Below, piece by piece: positions 38,961 to 48,320 of a stretch of DNA of 64,000 nt. Origin of the DNA: Candidatus Latescibacterota bacterium (GTDB taxonomy: Bacteria; Latescibacterota; UBA2968; GCA-2709665); assembly GCA_963667175.2 (NCBI GenBank), contig CAXXXF010000016.1, positions 224,001 through 288,000 on the forward strand. The letters run 5' to 3'. The position numbers were made by a program, and so were the translations under genes. The notes beneath the pieces are model-generated. The model saw only the letters and a list, made by a program, of their open reading frames with translations, searched no databases and was not told the origin of the DNA. How positions within the stretch are numbered: the stretch's first letter is position 1; the number at the start of each line of letters is the position of its first letter.

Positions 38961-39476
38961 ATGGACGAATCAGATCTGGTGGTCAGGGCACAGAACGGCG
39001 ACATCGAAGCATTTGAAAAGCTTGTAGACATATACAAAGGCATGGTCTTGTCGATTGGCTACCAGATTGCGGGAAACGGTGATGACGCTCAGGATATCTG
39101 TCAGGAAAGCTTTATTAAGCTAAACAAAAACATCCGCAAGTACACGCAAACACACAGATTCTCGACGTGGCTATATAGATTGGTTGCAAATACAGCAATC
39201 GACTACCTTCGAAAAGAGCGAAAGCGCCGAGGCGTGCGCCTGGAGCCCGACATGCCGGAGCCGAATCGGACGTTCGACCACGATCTTAGACTCTCGCTTG
39301 AACAGATTCTCGTCAAGCTCTCACCTAAGCAGCGAATCGCCTTTGTGCTGCGGGACCTTCAAGGGTTTCCGCTGGACGAAGTTGCGACAATACTCCGGTG
39401 CACCGGCGTGACTGTCCGGGTTCACCTTCACAATGCCCGGACACGAATCAGAAAAAACTTGGAGAACGAGATATGA
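38961..39476 (+). CDS. ECF RNA polymerase sigma factor
   Basis: GDIEAFEKLV, DAQDICQE, FSTWLYRLVANTAIDYLR, region 4 HTH. Confidence 0.93.
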   Translation: MDESDLVVRAQNGDIEAFEKLVDIYKGMVLSIGYQIAGNGDDAQDICQESFIKLNKNIRKYTQTHRFSTWLYRLVANTAIDYLRKERKRRGVRLEPDMPEPNRTFDHDLRLSLEQILVKLSPKQRIAFVLRDLQGFPLDEVATILRCTGVTVRVHLHNARTRIRKNLENEI

Positions 39477-40114
39477 TCTGCCGTATCGTACGGTTCTTTT
39501 TGCCGCTTTACATTGAAAACGACCTCCCTGACTGGATCGCGTCCAGGCTCTCCCGTCATCTCGGACATTGCGATTCATGTGTTGCTGACCACCAGTCATT
39601 CATGGGTTCTCAAAGCGCCGTGAGAGAGATTGCGACGCGCGAGATTCCACCGATGCAACCAGAGTTGTTTTCGACGCAAACCGGATCTGGCCTTCAAGTC
39701 GCCAGGACCGATCACGAGCCGATACATACAAGAACGAACCGTCAATTTGAATGGAGACCATTATTATCGTTTTCGGTTGCTGCCGTTGTGCTGATTGCAG
39801 CCATCGGATATCTGATGGAGCATTCAGGCGAGAACACCAAAGGGCAGACTGCCTATTCGGATGATACTGAAGCGCGGACCGTTTTGACCGAAAGAAAGCC
39901 TCCCGAATTCCGGCAGCAGACCCGTGCCGAAATCTCCGCCTTGATGAAACGCTTAAATCCCAGGGCACACCTGACAGATGAAGAACTGGACGCCGAATAT
40001 CCGGTACTCGTTTCGGTCAACCAACCGGATGGCGTGCCCGTTATCTATCGTACTAACGACCTTACCACAACAATTGTGTGGGTTCTGCCGCAGAAAGGGG
40101 TGAATCATCAATGA
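39473..40114 (+). CDS. zinc-finger (zf-HC2) anti-sigma factor, single transmembrane helix
   Basis: HLGHCDSC, TM segment LLSFSVAAVVLIAAIGYL; ATGA overlap with the sigma gene. Confidence 0.8.
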   Translation: MICRIVRFFLPLYIENDLPDWIASRLSRHLGHCDSCVADHQSFMGSQSAVREIATREIPPMQPELFSTQTGSGLQVARTDHEPIHTRTNRQFEWRPLLSFSVAAVVLIAAIGYLMEHSGENTKGQTAYSDDTEARTVLTERKPPEFRQQTRAEISALMKRLNPRAHLTDEELDAEYPVLVSVNQPDGVPVIYRTNDLTTTIVWVLPQKGVNHQ

Positions 40115-40926
40115 TTAAGCATATATGTCGAGCTATCGCAATCGCCAGGTTTTTGACAATTTTGGCCGTCGTTCTTTCTATAGCTCCATTCTCGTCGTCC
40201 TGTAACGCTAAAGGGACAGCGGATTCGACAAGAGCCGCTGACCTGGAGGAGCTCCTGCCTCCAGGTGTCAAGATGTTCCATATAAAATACCTTTCAGTCC
40301 CCAAGGTCGTGGAACTCTTACGCGCCTTTGAAATCGAATACGAGAGCATCAAGAACTACGGACGGACAAAGCTCTTCATCAAGTTCAAGAATCCGTTGTC
40401 CGCGGTGCGCGCGAGAAAACTGCTTGCCAAATTCGATACACCTCCCCGTCGGATCGAAATCCATTTGCGACAGATATTGGCTTCAAACCTGGCACTTTAC
40501 GAACTTGTGGATGGTGTGAATCGCATGCTTGATCGCCCAATACCCGATGAGACCCTGCGGAATCAATTGAAACAGGCATTCAAATTCCGGCACTACAATC
40601 TCCTGGGAAGCGGCAGAACGACTTCGAACGCGGGCAGCAGGACCATGCCCGCCCTGAAGGGTACCTCTACGCCGAAGCTCGTGGATGCGTCGGGAGACAA
40701 ACGTCTGGACGTCGCACGGATCAGGGCGAACTTTTGGCTTGAGTACATAGATGAAGGCAAGGGTGTGATTCAGCTACGGGATTTTATCGTTAATTCGGCC
40801 GGAGGCCATGTACTTAACACTTCACTGAATATCAAGAATGGCGAGACGGTCATTGTCGGCAGTTCAGTTCACGACGGAGACGACATTGCGATTATAACCG
40901 TTGTCAGCGCAAGGACGGTGGATTGA
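40111..40926 (+). CDS. secreted protein with a secretin N-domain and truncated secretin-like C-terminus
   Basis: FHIKYL...LLAKFDTPPRRIEI; LNTSLNIKNGETVIVG; ATGA overlap. Confidence 0.6.
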   Translation: MIKHICRAIAIARFLTILAVVLSIAPFSSSCNAKGTADSTRAADLEELLPPGVKMFHIKYLSVPKVVELLRAFEIEYESIKNYGRTKLFIKFKNPLSAVRARKLLAKFDTPPRRIEIHLRQILASNLALYELVDGVNRMLDRPIPDETLRNQLKQAFKFRHYNLLGSGRTTSNAGSRTMPALKGTSTPKLVDASGDKRLDVARIRANFWLEYIDEGKGVIQLRDFIVNSAGGHVLNTSLNIKNGETVIVGSSVHDGDDIAIITVVSARTVD

Positions 40927-40955
40927 GCAGAACGTCCGTTGATGGTGCAATAACG

Positions 40956-40993
40956 AAAAAGCCTGATATGCAATGACATATCAGGCTTTGTTT
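40956..40993. terminator. intrinsic terminator of the ECF operon
   Basis: AAAAAGCCTGATATG-CAATGA-CATATCAGGCTTTGTTT. Confidence 0.8.
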
Positions 40994-41042
40994 ACGTGAT
41001 TATTAAAGATGGCCGGGGCCAGCCACATGGCGCAGAAGACAG

Positions 41043-41327
41043 GTCGAGTCGTGATCGGCAAGCTGCTGAGATCCCCCGTCCTCAACCGAAGGCGGGTACC
41101 CACAAGGGACACCCCTACACGAAAGGTAGCCGTAATTATAGAAGTGCGTCCGTGACTCGAATCCCCTCCGGATAACAAAGCGGACGGTTCACGAACCGCC
41201 CCAACACATATAGGGCCGGAGCGAACGAATCGCGAAGGCGCAATGCGAGCGGCCGAAGGACGTAAGGGAGGATAATCGAGTCTCACGAACGGCGTGTAGG
41301 AGCGACCGGCCGGGGCGCCCCTACAAT
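41043..41327 (+). repeat. REP-containing direct repeat, copy 1 (BIME-like)
   Basis: Strong match to 42757-42919 over 41043-41206, weaker match to the end; three REP hairpins ending CCCCTAC or a close variant. Confidence 0.8.
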
Positions 41328-41447
41328 AGATTTCGCATTGGTGGATATTTCACGGGTTCGTTTTCCGGCAGACCCCTGATAGCCTATAGCTCCCGCTCAG
41401 GCAGGCGTTCCTCGGAACGGCGATGACGGATTTCTGGCGGCTTAAGT

Positions 41448-41750
41448 TCAGTCCTGTTCCTGATCCAACACGTGGCCGAACGCTTCGACGCTGGATACCT
41501 GGACCGCAGAACGAAGCAACTCTTTAAGGCGATGGACGTTGTCAATCGTTTCAATACGAGCGGCCAGGGGATGCGACGCAGGGAGATTGAATCGAACCTC
41601 CAGGACCGCGAGGATGCTGTCCCGAAGACCCTGCTCGATCCCTTGTTCTATCCCTTGCTCAATGCCTCGCTCGATCCCCTGCTCGATGCCTTGCTCTTTG
41701 GCTTCACGCGTGAGGTATTGGGCAAAGGATGATTCGCGGATGAGATCCAT
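41448..41750 (-). CDS. candidate in-frame internal small protein (RpnS-like antitoxin), 100 aa
   Basis: AAGGAGG-GCATC-ATG inside the Rpn gene, just upstream of the C-terminal repeat domain. Confidence 0.55.
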   Translation of the reverse strand: MDLIRESSFAQYLTREAKEQGIEQGIERGIEQGIEQGIEQGLRDSILAVLEVRFNLPASHPLAARIETIDNVHRLKELLRSAVQVSSVEAFGHVLDQEQD

Positions 41751-42389
41751 GATGCCCTCCTTCAAGATAACGTCAGATATGGCTTCCGGCGCGAACACCA
41801 GCCCGCTCAGCACGGACATGCCGGCCACGTAATCTGCCCTGTCGGAATGAGCCATCGGCCGCGCGTTGGCCGTGTGGATGCATCGGCGTAGCCACGCGCC
41901 TGAAGCCATGCCTTCAGGCGGCTTCATCAACGGCGCAAACGCGATCAATCCGGCGTGTCCCGCATTGAGGACGCCCTGACCATCCAGATCACCCAACCGG
42001 ATAACTCTGTACTGAACGTGGACCCGGTGGCCGGGATACGATTGCAGATACGCTCCCGGATCCCGTTTCCCCGCGTCGGGACGCAAGTAGATGACACTGG
42101 AAAAAACCGGCACGCCGTGCCGCTCAATGGCGCGCCCTACGTAGCCGGCCATGCGCCGAGGCATGGGCGGATCGGTGCTGTCCGTCGTCTGAAATTCGTT
42201 GTGGACCAATGCCTCCCGGCCGTCGATACGGACGCGAATGACACTGTCCGCGTGACGCGTAGAGACCGTAGGCTGCTCCGTGTCAATGACTTCAAGAATC
42301 TCTACGTCATCTCGCCCGAGGGCAAAGCCGGCAAAGTCACCAGGATACGTTTGAATCAGGTGCTTGGAAATTGCGTCGAATTCTGCCAT
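41448..42389 (-). CDS. Rpn family recombination-promoting nuclease / PD-(D/E)XK putative transposase
   Basis: FDAISKHL, HADSV...HNEFQT...MPRRMAGY, VIYL, IRESS, C-terminal (IEQG)n and LEVRF domain. Confidence 0.88.
   Translation of the reverse strand: MAEFDAISKHLIQTYPGDFAGFALGRDDVEILEVIDTEQPTVSTRHADSVIRVRIDGREALVHNEFQTTDSTDPPMPRRMAGYVGRAIERHGVPVFSSVIYLRPDAGKRDPGAYLQSYPGHRVHVQYRVIRLGDLDGQGVLNAGHAGLIAFAPLMKPPEGMASGAWLRRCIHTANARPMAHSDRADYVAGMSVLSGLVFAPEAISDVILKEGIMDLIRESSFAQYLTREAKEQGIEQGIERGIEQGIEQGIEQGLRDSILAVLEVRFNLPASHPLAARIETIDNVHRLKELLRSAVQVSSVEAFGHVLDQEQD
41628..41696 (-). repeat. 12-bp coding tandem repeat (IEQG, about 6 units)
   Basis: EQG IEQG IERG IEQG IEQG IEQG. Confidence 0.9.
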
Positions 42390-42756
42390 GCAGGATGCCC
42401 GGGGGACTTTGGGTGAGTAGGACGGCGCCGTGTAAACAAGATACGGGATCAGGGCCGAAAGTCAATTGCATCCTCGGAGATTTCCGTGAAATACAAGACA
42501 GGGAGCAAGTTCTCATTTCAATTGAATTGGCGCAAGCGTCAGATCGCGATTGGATCAATCAACTTCGGATTTTGTGCCGGTCTCTAAAATGAAGCGGGGC
42601 AACGCACCGCAAGGGTGTGTCGTCCCGTTGTGTCTTTACGGTGGATCGGCATACGAGAGGCGGAATCCAGCGATGATCCGTGACCGAGCTAAGGAACGCT
42701 GCGCACCTGACAGTTTGCGCTACGCCTCTGTGGATCTTCGCGGGTGCAGTACGCAA

Positions 42757-43043
42757 GTCGAGTCGTGATCGACAGGCGGCTGGTACCCCCGTCCGCGACA
42801 GAAGGCGGGCGCCCACAAGGGATGACCCTACACGAAAGGTAGCCGGAATTGTAGAAGTGCGTCCGTGACTCGAATCCCCTCCCGAAAACAAAGCCGGCGG
42901 TTCACGAACCGCCCCTACAAAGCAGGGGGGAGTGACAGAAGCGCGAAGGTACTACGTCCTCGTGACTCTCCGGGGGCGGCGGACAGATCGGGTTCTGGAC
43001 AGCGGCGACGTGTAGGGGCCTGCTGCAGGCAGGCCCCTACAAT
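42757..43043 (+). repeat. REP-containing direct repeat, copy 2
   Basis: Same order of blocks as copy 1; ends GTAGGGGCCTGCTGCAGGCAGGCCCCTACAAT. Confidence 0.8.
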
Positions 43044-43135
43044 GGCAGTCACATCAATGTTTGGTTTTCGTTTTCTTGCTTCAAGCTGACCGCTGATTGC
43101 TGACGGCTGCTTTTTCTTATTGCTGTTTTTTCCCC

Positions 43136-43921
43136 TCATCCCCGCGCGAGGTCGCGATACGCCCGGAAGAGATCCGCGTAATACGCCGTGAACATCCACC
43201 GATCGCCCACCCCCCGATCGGCGCTCCGCTCGGCTTCGGCCGACATATATCCGGCGTATCCTTTCTCGTGAAGCAACCGGAACAGCTCCCGGTACGGATA
43301 TCCCTGTCCGGCCAGGTCATGCATATGCACGTGATCCAGCCAGGGCCAGACCGTATCCAGAGCCTGCGCAACCGAACCGTCGACCACGTCCTCGGACACC
43401 GAGTTCCAGATCAGTCCGAAATTCTCGTGGTCCACCCGGTCGGCCACGGCCCGGCAGGCTTGCCAGTCGAATTCGCCGTGCAGTTCCAGACAGGGTTTGA
43501 CGCCTCTCGTTGCCCCGTACGCGCAGAGCTCCTGGAGTGCTTCGGCCACCTGGGCGATCGTCTTGTCTCTCGCCACTTCTTTGGGGAAGTTGTTCCCGAA
43601 GACCCTCACCCTGGGCGCCCCCAGGTCCGCCGCCAGGTCCATCCGCACCTTGGTCTGTTCGACCTGGTCCCGGAGGTCGGACGCGTCGACGTCGTGATAC
43701 CGGTTTCCCGTGGCGACGCTGATGATTTCGATGCCGGCCGCCCGGCAGTCGGCCACCGCCTGCCTGCGTTCGACGTCGTCAATTGACGCCTCCACCCCGT
43801 GTCCGTGACTCAGGTCCGTCCGGAATTCGACGCCCGCGACACCGTGATCGCTCAGCGTCTGCAGCAGGTCCTGTCGCGAAAGGTCCTTCAGAACGCCATA
43901 GGTCATCCAGGATAGTTTCAT
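43136..43921 (-). CDS. sugar phosphate isomerase/epimerase family protein
   Basis: VEFR, RVRVFG, LELHG, HVHMHD, SAE. Confidence 0.87.
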   Translation of the reverse strand: MKLSWMTYGVLKDLSRQDLLQTLSDHGVAGVEFRTDLSHGHGVEASIDDVERRQAVADCRAAGIEIISVATGNRYHDVDASDLRDQVEQTKVRMDLAADLGAPRVRVFGNNFPKEVARDKTIAQVAEALQELCAYGATRGVKPCLELHGEFDWQACRAVADRVDHENFGLIWNSVSEDVVDGSVAQALDTVWPWLDHVHMHDLAGQGYPYRELFRLLHEKGYAGYMSAEAERSADRGVGDRWMFTAYYADLFRAYRDLARG

Positions 43922-43969
43922 TTACGACTCTCCTCTAAGGTGATAGAGCGACCGTAACCGCGGCTCACG

Positions 43970-44695
43970 TCAGACCACCGGCTCCTTGCCGATCCTTGCA
44001 AAACCCTCCGCGTACCGGCAGTCGTTCATCCCGGCCATATGCTGCGCCTCTATGGCGCGGTACCGGTTCAGAACGGTATAGACTTCCGGCAAGGGCGGCT
44101 GCGCGGCGAGTTTCTTCAAGGCTTCGATCTTTTGTTCGAATACCGATGAAATATCCACGTACAGATCGGGGACGAATCCGGAGACCGGCGACGTCCCCAT
44201 CGTGGTTTCGTAGCAGACGACGAGCGGGCGCTCGCAGGGAGCGTCGGCGGTCTTGATTCCCCCCGCGTTGCAATAGGAACACGCCCACAGCACGGCCTGC
44301 GTGGTCTCCACGTGGTCCGGATGCATCACGTCGTTGATCCAGTGACTCAGCACGAGGTCCGGCCCGAACCGTCGCACCGCCTCGAGTAGCTGCAGCCGGC
44401 GGTCGGGGCCGACCACCAGCGGACTGTCGCCGAAGTCGAAACAGTCGATGCCGGCGCCCAGGATCTCCGCGGCGGCCTCAAACTCCTCCCTGCGCCTCGC
44501 CTTGACGTCCTCCAGCGTCCGGTTCGGGTCCTCCGCCCACAGCGCCGGCGATTCGCAGCGTTCTCCAAAGGTCAGATTATGCACGTGTACCGTACCGCCG
44601 GCATTGACGAAACGGATGATGGCGCCCCCCGCTCGCGAGCAGAAGTCCGCCGCGTGAGCGCTGAAGACCAGAACCCGCATTCCCTCCCGGATCAT
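43970..44695 (-). CDS. PIG-L family protein, GalB (4-oxalomesaconate hydratase)-like
   Basis: SAHAADFCSRAGGAI, TFGERCESPALW, RREE, HPDH; the AHxAD variant is typical of the GalB subgroup. Confidence 0.75.
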   Translation of the reverse strand: MIREGMRVLVFSAHAADFCSRAGGAIIRFVNAGGTVHVHNLTFGERCESPALWAEDPNRTLEDVKARRREEFEAAAEILGAGIDCFDFGDSPLVVGPDRRLQLLEAVRRFGPDLVLSHWINDVMHPDHVETTQAVLWACSYCNAGGIKTADAPCERPLVVCYETTMGTSPVSGFVPDLYVDISSVFEQKIEALKKLAAQPPLPEVYTVLNRYRAIEAQHMAGMNDCRYAEGFARIGKEPVV

Positions 44696-44744
44696 TGCGT
44701 TTTCCCCCGTCATTCCCAACGTTCCGCTTCGGTCTGCGCGTCTG

Positions 44745-45497
44745 CTACGTCTCCTGACCGTATTCGGGCAGCGTTCCATCGTCTTCCGGTGTATATCCGA
44801 GCATTTCCCGTGCGTTGGACAGGTCCCATTTCTTCTCACAGCCGCCCGACGCCCCGTAGAAGATCCCGAACGACACATGATCCGACTCGATGGACCTCCG
44901 GACCAGTTGCGCCAGATCCCTCGGACTCAGCCAGCGGGAACACCCGGGCTCATACCGCTGTCCCGGAACGTCCTCGCCATTGAAATTTGCCACCCGAAGG
45001 CAGATCACACGGATTCCGTGCCGGTCCGCGTAAACCCTGCCGAGGGCTTCGCCAAGGGCCTTTCCCGCGCCGTAAACGCCATCCGGCCGTACCGGGCTTT
45101 CCGGGGTCGAAACAAGCCCTTCTTTCTCGTACAACCCGGTCACGTGGTTGGTGCTTGCGAAAACGACCGCGGGCACCTCATTCATTCGCGCAGCCTCGAG
45201 AATGTTGTACACGCCCGGGATATCGACGTCCAGGGTGGCCTTCGCCACGTCTTCCGGCGTCATCCCACCCCATCTCCGGATGGCCAGATGCACGATCGCG
45301 TCGACGCCGGTGGCGGCCTGGACCATGGCGGCGCCGTCGGCCACGCTGCCTACGACCACCTGGTCGTCCGGATGCGCGTCATCGGGCGCCGTTGTGTGCA
45401 GCAGGAGCCGGAATCGGTATCGCTCTCTCAGACGGGACCGGATAGACGTCCCGAGCGAACCGGCCGCGCCGGTCAGGAATATCCGCTTCTTCCGCAT
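44745..45497 (-). CDS. NAD-dependent epimerase/dehydrogenase, uronate dehydrogenase-like
   Basis: TGAAGSLG, FASTNH, RPDGVYGAGK, WLSPRD, LGYTPEDD. Confidence 0.85.
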   Translation of the reverse strand: MRKKRIFLTGAAGSLGTSIRSRLRERYRFRLLLHTTAPDDAHPDDQVVVGSVADGAAMVQAATGVDAIVHLAIRRWGGMTPEDVAKATLDVDIPGVYNILEAARMNEVPAVVFASTNHVTGLYEKEGLVSTPESPVRPDGVYGAGKALGEALGRVYADRHGIRVICLRVANFNGEDVPGQRYEPGCSRWLSPRDLAQLVRRSIESDHVSFGIFYGASGGCEKKWDLSNAREMLGYTPEDDGTLPEYGQET

Positions 45498-45772
45498 AGC
45501 GCGTGCGGACCCCCCCGCTGTGGTTGATCGAAGAACACTGAATCCAACTTTCGTGCGGCCTCAATGAAGGGAAGATGACAGCCAGGTACGGAAATCAGTC
45601 GATCGCGTGGGACCGGAAGCGTCGTGAAAAAGACCGACACGATACGGATCCTGAAGATAGCGCGCCCGTCCCGAAAACGCAAACCCGATTCATCCGGGAG
45701 GGTCTTGAATTCGGATTCGTTTCTGTATATCTTAACAGTCCGACAGACTCCGTCCCTCTCCCCGGAGGCAAC

Positions 45773-46543
45773 GTGACGCCGATCGACATCCCGTGGCTTC
45801 TCAGCATCGTCGGGAAGGCCGGAGAAATCGCCCTTTCCCACTTCGGCAGGACGAAGGGGACCCTCAAGTCGGACAATTCCTGGGTAACCCAGGCGGACCT
45901 GGACGTGGAGGCCTATCTCAGGAAGGAGCTCGCTTCGACGTTTCCGGACGATGCCGTACTCGGCGAAGAGGGCGACGACCCGCGGCCGACGTCATCGAAC
46001 GTGTGGGCGATCGATCCGATCGACGGTACGCGGGCATTCAACCACGGCCTGCCCGTCTGGGGCGTCTCGATCGGCCTGCTTGTAAACGGCCGGCCGGCGG
46101 CGGGCGCCTTCACTCTTCCCGTGCTGGGCGACGTGTATCATACCGACGGCGAAACCGCCTTCTACAACGGCGCTCGGCTCGCGCCGCCGGCGTCCGCCTG
46201 GGATGCCAACGCCCTGCTGCTGGTCAGCGAGCGCGCATTCAAACGTCTCAGGATCGACTACCCGGGCAAGACCCTCAGCCTCGGGTCGGCCGCCGCGCAC
46301 CTCTGTTACGTCGCGCGCGGCTCGGCTGTGGGCGCGTTCGACCATGCCTCCGTCTGGGACTACGCCGCCGGCGCGGCCATCCTGCAAGTACTGGGTGTCC
46401 GCCTTCGGTATCTTTCAGGAAGGACCGTGGACTTCGAGGAGTTATTCAGCTTGAAGGATGCGCCTGAACCCACGCTCGCAGCGCCCGACGTCCACTTCAA
46501 CCCCCTCCAGGATGCATTCCAGTCCGCGGAAGGATCGCCGTAG
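45773..46543 (+). CDS. inositol monophosphatase family protein
   Basis: VTQAD, LGEE, WAIDPIDGT, WDYAAG; GTG start after GGAGG. Confidence 0.92.
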   Translation: MTPIDIPWLLSIVGKAGEIALSHFGRTKGTLKSDNSWVTQADLDVEAYLRKELASTFPDDAVLGEEGDDPRPTSSNVWAIDPIDGTRAFNHGLPVWGVSIGLLVNGRPAAGAFTLPVLGDVYHTDGETAFYNGARLAPPASAWDANALLLVSERAFKRLRIDYPGKTLSLGSAAAHLCYVARGSAVGAFDHASVWDYAAGAAILQVLGVRLRYLSGRTVDFEELFSLKDAPEPTLAAPDVHFNPLQDAFQSAEGSP

Positions 46544-46600
46544 TTTCCCTTTCGATTCAGAAGCAGGAACCAACGTGGATGTACAGGATCGACCGGAAAA

Positions 46601-47359
46601 CTAATCCGATATTCCGTAGATTCTCGCCAGGTTCTCGCCGAAAATCAGCCGTTCGGCGTCCGTCCCCAACTCCAGCCTCCGGATGGCCCGCTTCACCTGG
46701 ATGGGCCGGTATTCCGGAAGGTTGGAACCGAAGACCACCCGCTCCGGCCCCAGCTCCCTCACCGCCGTTCCGACTTCCACCGGTACGGCCTCTTCCGGGT
46801 TGTCCGCCCACCGCTTGTGAAAGCGCAGAACGGTCGTGCCCATGTATACGTTTTCGCATTGCCGGCACACCGCCATAGCGGCGTCGAAATGGTCCGGGAA
46901 ACCCATGTGGTCCAGGATAACGGCGGTGTCGGGAACGCGCTCCGCAATCGCTGCCGCCCGGTCCGCGCTGCAGTTTTCCACACCCGTATGGATCGAAACG
47001 ACAATGCCAAGCTCCTGTGCGGCATCCGCGAACGGATAGACCATCGGATCGTCCACCTCGAACCGGTGGATCGCGCCCATCAGCTTCATACCCTTCGCGC
47101 CCCGGGACACGTAACTCCTGAGTTGCGCAACGCCCTCCGCCCCCAGGTGGGGATCCATCATGACACACGGCAGCAGATTCGGGTGTCCCGCGGTCCGTTT
47201 CAGCAAGCCATCGTTGTCCGGATCCTCCCTTGCGTCCGGCATCACCACCGCCAGGTCGATCCCCGCCTCCGCTTCGCACTCCAACAACGCGGCTACCGTC
47301 ATGGGGCGCCCGTACCAGTCCTCCGCCAGGTAGGCTTCGAAATCTGCGGTTATTGCCAT
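46601..47359 (-). CDS. amidohydrolase_2 family protein
   Basis: KGMKL, IHTG, LDHMG, VVFGSN; N-terminal metal motif degenerate (DFEAY). Confidence 0.82.
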   Translation of the reverse strand: MAITADFEAYLAEDWYGRPMTVAALLECEAEAGIDLAVVMPDAREDPDNDGLLKRTAGHPNLLPCVMMDPHLGAEGVAQLRSYVSRGAKGMKLMGAIHRFEVDDPMVYPFADAAQELGIVVSIHTGVENCSADRAAAIAERVPDTAVILDHMGFPDHFDAAMAVCRQCENVYMGTTVLRFHKRWADNPEEAVPVEVGTAVRELGPERVVFGSNLPEYRPIQVKRAIRRLELGTDAERLIFGENLARIYGISD

Positions 47360-47398
47360 GGAATGACCTCCTTAACCCGCTAAGCCGGGACCCGGCGC

Positions 47399-48223
47399 TC
47401 AGCCCAGTTGCAACGCCCGCCACCGGTCGTACGCCGGGCGCATCCGTTCCGGAAGAAATCCCCGGACGTTGTCCGCAAGCATCCACTTCACGCGCCCGTC
47501 CGTCTCCTGGGGCTCCTCTTCTGGATAGTGTTTCTGCCAGCTCCCTGCCAATGTCAATCTTTCGGGCGCAGTATTGTAAATCCCCCGATGGACCGTATTG
47601 CCGTTCCAGAAAATCGTCTGACCCGCCTTGAGCTCCATCACTTCTTGCGTTGAAATGTCAGCGTGCCGATTCTTCAGCAGTCGGTCCCGTTCCTCATCGG
47701 TCCGGTACCGTCTGTGGCTGCCCGGCACCAGCTGCAGGCAGGAATCGTCGACCAGCGCCAGGTGCCACTTCAAGGACGCCAACGGACGGTTGAGAATTTC
47801 CATCTCCACCTCGTAGGCGCCGTCCCGTTCGTTCTTTCCGAAATCCCGGTGCCAGCCACCGCTCCAATCCTCCTCGTCGGGCGACGTAAAGATGAGCACC
47901 CCGCCCAACCGCAATTCGCTGCCCAGCAGGGGCTCCACGTATTGCATCACGTGTTGCGACGACAGATAATCCGCAAAAATCGGTTCGTCGAATTCCGGGG
48001 CGAACAGGCCCCTGATCGCCCACGGCTCACCGCTCGGGGTCCGGTGTGTGAAGATCTCCACCTCACCGGAACGCGCCTTTGCCTTCACGCGCCGCGTCGC
48101 ATCCAGAAGCGGCGCCATCTTATCCGGATCGACCGCATCGTCTACGATAAAGTAACCCTGTGTCTCGTACTGATCCTTTACTTCCTCCAAATCCACCATA
48201 CGCATCCTCCAATCCTGGTCCAA
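47399..48223 (-). CDS. phytanoyl-CoA dioxygenase family protein
   Basis: QGYFIV, WHRD, LVPGSH, HRG; start may be 48199. Confidence 0.87.
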   Translation of the reverse strand: MDQDWRMRMVDLEEVKDQYETQGYFIVDDAVDPDKMAPLLDATRRVKAKARSGEVEIFTHRTPSGEPWAIRGLFAPEFDEPIFADYLSSQHVMQYVEPLLGSELRLGGVLIFTSPDEEDWSGGWHRDFGKNERDGAYEVEMEILNRPLASLKWHLALVDDSCLQLVPGSHRRYRTDEERDRLLKNRHADISTQEVMELKAGQTIFWNGNTVHRGIYNTAPERLTLAGSWQKHYPEEEPQETDGRVKWMLADNVRGFLPERMRPAYDRWRALQLG

Positions 48224-48320
48224 TGAGGTTCATCTCGGGAACTTGCGCCGAAACGCGTGAGCGTGAGTCCGACATTCGTCCAACACGGCGGCGAAGATCG
48301 CTGGAAATTACTACCTGTGC

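Noticed and set aside
41628-41696. IEQG repeat as a phase-variation or diversity-generating element
   Set aside because: It is an in-frame 12-bp repeat with synonymous divergence, a normal feature of Rpn C-termini; no reverse transcriptase is present.
41043-43043. Possible CRISPR array
   Set aside because: Only two long copies plus heterogeneous REP hairpins; no regular repeat-spacer period and no cas genes.
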